Source: Candidatus Harpocratesius repetitus
GTDB taxonomy: Archaea; Asgardarchaeota; Lokiarchaeia; Sigyniarchaeales; Promethearchaeaceae
Reading direction: 5' to 3'
Length of the DNA stretch: 32,000 bases
Assembly: GCA_021498095.1 (NCBI GenBank)
Contig: JAIZWK010000001.1
Location: 3,570,001 to 3,602,000, forward strand
Position numbers and translations under genes: made by a program. Below the pieces are notes generated by a model, which was not told where the DNA came from, did no database searches, and saw nothing but the letters and a program-made list of their open reading frames with translations. Within the stretch, counting starts at the first letter, position 1; the number at the start of each line of letters is the position of its first letter. Positions 30,279 through 32,000 of the stretch are shown here, piece by piece.

Positions 30279-31125
30279 CGTAAATCATCTCCGGGACGAT
30301 TTCGTACAATGGTAATTAAATCTTCACTTTTTTCAAAGGTTTGAAGCAAGTATTTAACCATATTTATGTTGGAAACTTCCGCATCGCCACCGAAATTGTA
30401 TACTTCTACTGGGATTCCTTTTTCTAATACTACTAAAATCCCACGACAATGATCAGTAACATGAATCCAATCACGAACGTTAGAACTATCTCCGTATACA
30501 AGAAGCGGTTTATCTGTTTGAATATTACGGATCATAAGTGGAATGAGTTTTTCTGGGAATTGATACGGCTCATAATTATTCGAGCAACGTGTAATTACGA
30601 CGGGCAAATTATAAGTGTGATAAAATGCTTGAACGAGCATATCTGCTGCGGCTTTACTCGAGGAATAGGGACTTCGAGGATGGATGGGTGTTTTTTCAGT
30701 AAAGATAGGATCATCAAATCCTAGATGACCGTAAACTTCATCTGTGGAAAATTGGATAAATTTCTTTACCTGATTTCGATTTTTTTTAAAAGCATTTAGG
30801 AGAGTTAGCGTTCCTTTAACATTTGTATTGATAAAGATATCGGGATTTGAGATCGAGCGATCTACATGGGATTCTGCAACAAAATTGATGATTACTTCAA
30901 TATTGTATTCTTACAACAGATAATCTATAAGTTTATAATTACAGATTGAACCTTTAATAAAATGGTAACGTGTGTGGTTGACAAAATCATGTAAGTTTTC
31001 GGGATTTCCAGCATATGTCATTGCATCAAGATTCCAAATTTCAAAATTTGGATATTCGGTTAAGATAAGTCGGATAAAATTACTTCCGATAAAACCAAGC
31101 CCACTGGTGACAAGAAGTTTCCTAT
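30279..31125 (-). pseudogene. rfbB: dTDP-glucose 4,6-dehydratase (RmlB), inactivated and C-terminally deleted
   Basis: LVTSGLGFIGSNF, DAMTYAGN, AESHVDRSI, STDEVYG, SPYSSSKAA, RCSNNY, FPEKLIP, VRDWIHVTDH, RPGDDLR. No intact start codon; premature TAA at 30911-30913. Confidence 0.93.
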
Positions 31126-31305
31126 CAGTTTTACCTTAAGAAAATGGTTTATGGATAGAAATATCAGTTATGTTAAATAAATTTGGGTTATTTAAGCAAT
31201 ATCGCAGATTTGATTATATAATCCCTTCAAACTCAAAGTATGAAAAATAGATCTGAAAAAATAGGAAAGATAGCTAAGCATTAAATGATTAATTTTAATT
31301 ACTCG

Positions 31306-32000
31306 CTATTTTATCTGTTGAATTTTTCGACCTACTCCACAATACACGGTTCCAGTTGGAAGCTGAAATGGATCATAAATATTTCGACTATCTACAATAA
31401 TCAAAGGTTTAGCCATAACTTGTTTTAATTGAGCAAAATTCAACGATAAAAATTCTTTATGGTCTGTGAGTACCACCAAACATTGCGAATTTTCAATGGT
31501 CTCATCAAAGTTCGCACTAACTTCAAATCCGTTGACTTTTTCACCGACATAATAAGGATCCCAAATCTTTACTATAGCAGATTGCTTTTGAAGATATTCA
31601 ACTACCCGCAAAGCAGGTGAAATCTGGACATCCCGCACATTCGCCTTATATGATAATCCTAAGACAGTAATTGTTGAACCATTCAAGCACAATCCTACAA
31701 AATTCAACGCATTTATTATCATTTCCAATACATATTGAGGCATTCGATCGTTAATTTCACGGGATACTCGAATTAAAAAGGGAATGTAATCGACTTTCTG
31801 GGCATCTTCAATAATGTAATATGGATTTGCAGGTAAACACGGACCTCCAACGCCGGGACCAGGATAATGTGGTTGAAAATTGTATTTTGTTGAAGCACCT
31901 TTAATAACTTCCTTTATATCAATCCCCAAACGCTCGTAAAGAACCGCAAATTCATTCATTAAGGCAATATTTACATCTCGAAAGATATTCTCAGTTAATT
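31306..32000 (-). CDS. wecC: Nucleotide-sugar dehydrogenase, UDP-N-acetyl-D-mannosamine/glucosamine dehydrogenase type; 5' part outside window
   Basis: Frame open to the edge (LTENIFRDVNIALMNEFA); PGPGVGGPCLP with catalytic Cys, LGLSYKANVRD, LTDHKEF, IVDSRN. Symbol is a family-level call. Confidence 0.85.
   Translation of the reverse strand, partial: LTENIFRDVNIALMNEFAVLYERLGIDIKEVIKGASTKYNFQPHYPGPGVGGPCLPANPYYIIEDAQKVDYIPFLIRVSREINDRMPQYVLEMIINALNFVGLCLNGSTITVLGLSYKANVRDVQISPALRVVEYLQKQSAIVKIWDPYYVGEKVNGFEVSANFDETIENSQCLVVLTDHKEFLSLNFAQLKQVMAKPLIIVDSRNIYDPFQLPTGTVYCGVGRKIQQIK

Noticed and set aside
64-30724. Short ORFs antisense to or overlapping real genes (e.g. 64-405, 3812-4000, 4532-4714, 6896-7123, 7618-7878, 8228-8431, 9281-9466, 10630-10956, 12349-12549, 17880-18212, 19701-19910, 19840-20076, 20573-20902, 22715-22921, 23054-23284, 30449-30724).
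   Set aside because: Shadow frames of better-supported genes or pseudogenes, with no recognisable motifs.
1-32000. CRISPR array, tRNA, rRNA, integron attC-like or long tandem repeat arrays.
   Set aside because: No regularly spaced repeats or structured-RNA signatures were seen on manual reading; a covariance-model scan was not possible.

Overview
Very AT-rich window holding a surface-glycan biosynthesis locus interleaved with at least a dozen dead insertion sequences. An archaeal host is a tentative inference from the IS types (ISH3-like) and gene families. Intact genes: a 5'-truncated GT2 of the DPM/DPG-synthase type, a GT4, an operon of two NAD-dependent epimerases + wecB (about 70 aa C-terminal extension) + DUF362 + GT4, a PAPS-dependent sulfotransferase, a Wzx-type flippase, a polytopic GT-C/Wzy-like membrane protein, a WbbL-like GT2 with an A12 tract after its ATG, and a WecC-type nucleotide-sugar dehydrogenase running off the right edge. 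The dTDP-rhamnose genes rmlB, rmlD and rmlA are pseudogenes; rmlB and rmlD are joined by a deletion, and a second orphan rmlA 3' tail sits at about 12.9 kb. Mobile DNA includes an IS5/IS4-clan element with 52-bp inverted repeats plus a truncated relative, an IS5/IS1182-like element with GGGGG ends and a 249-bp MITE from that family, and IS66, IS701-like, ISH3-like and ISNCY/IS256-like remnants. One transposase appears split by an inversion between 12-bp inverted repeats. No rRNA, tRNA or CRISPR array was seen. All alignments were made by eye and no database search was run.
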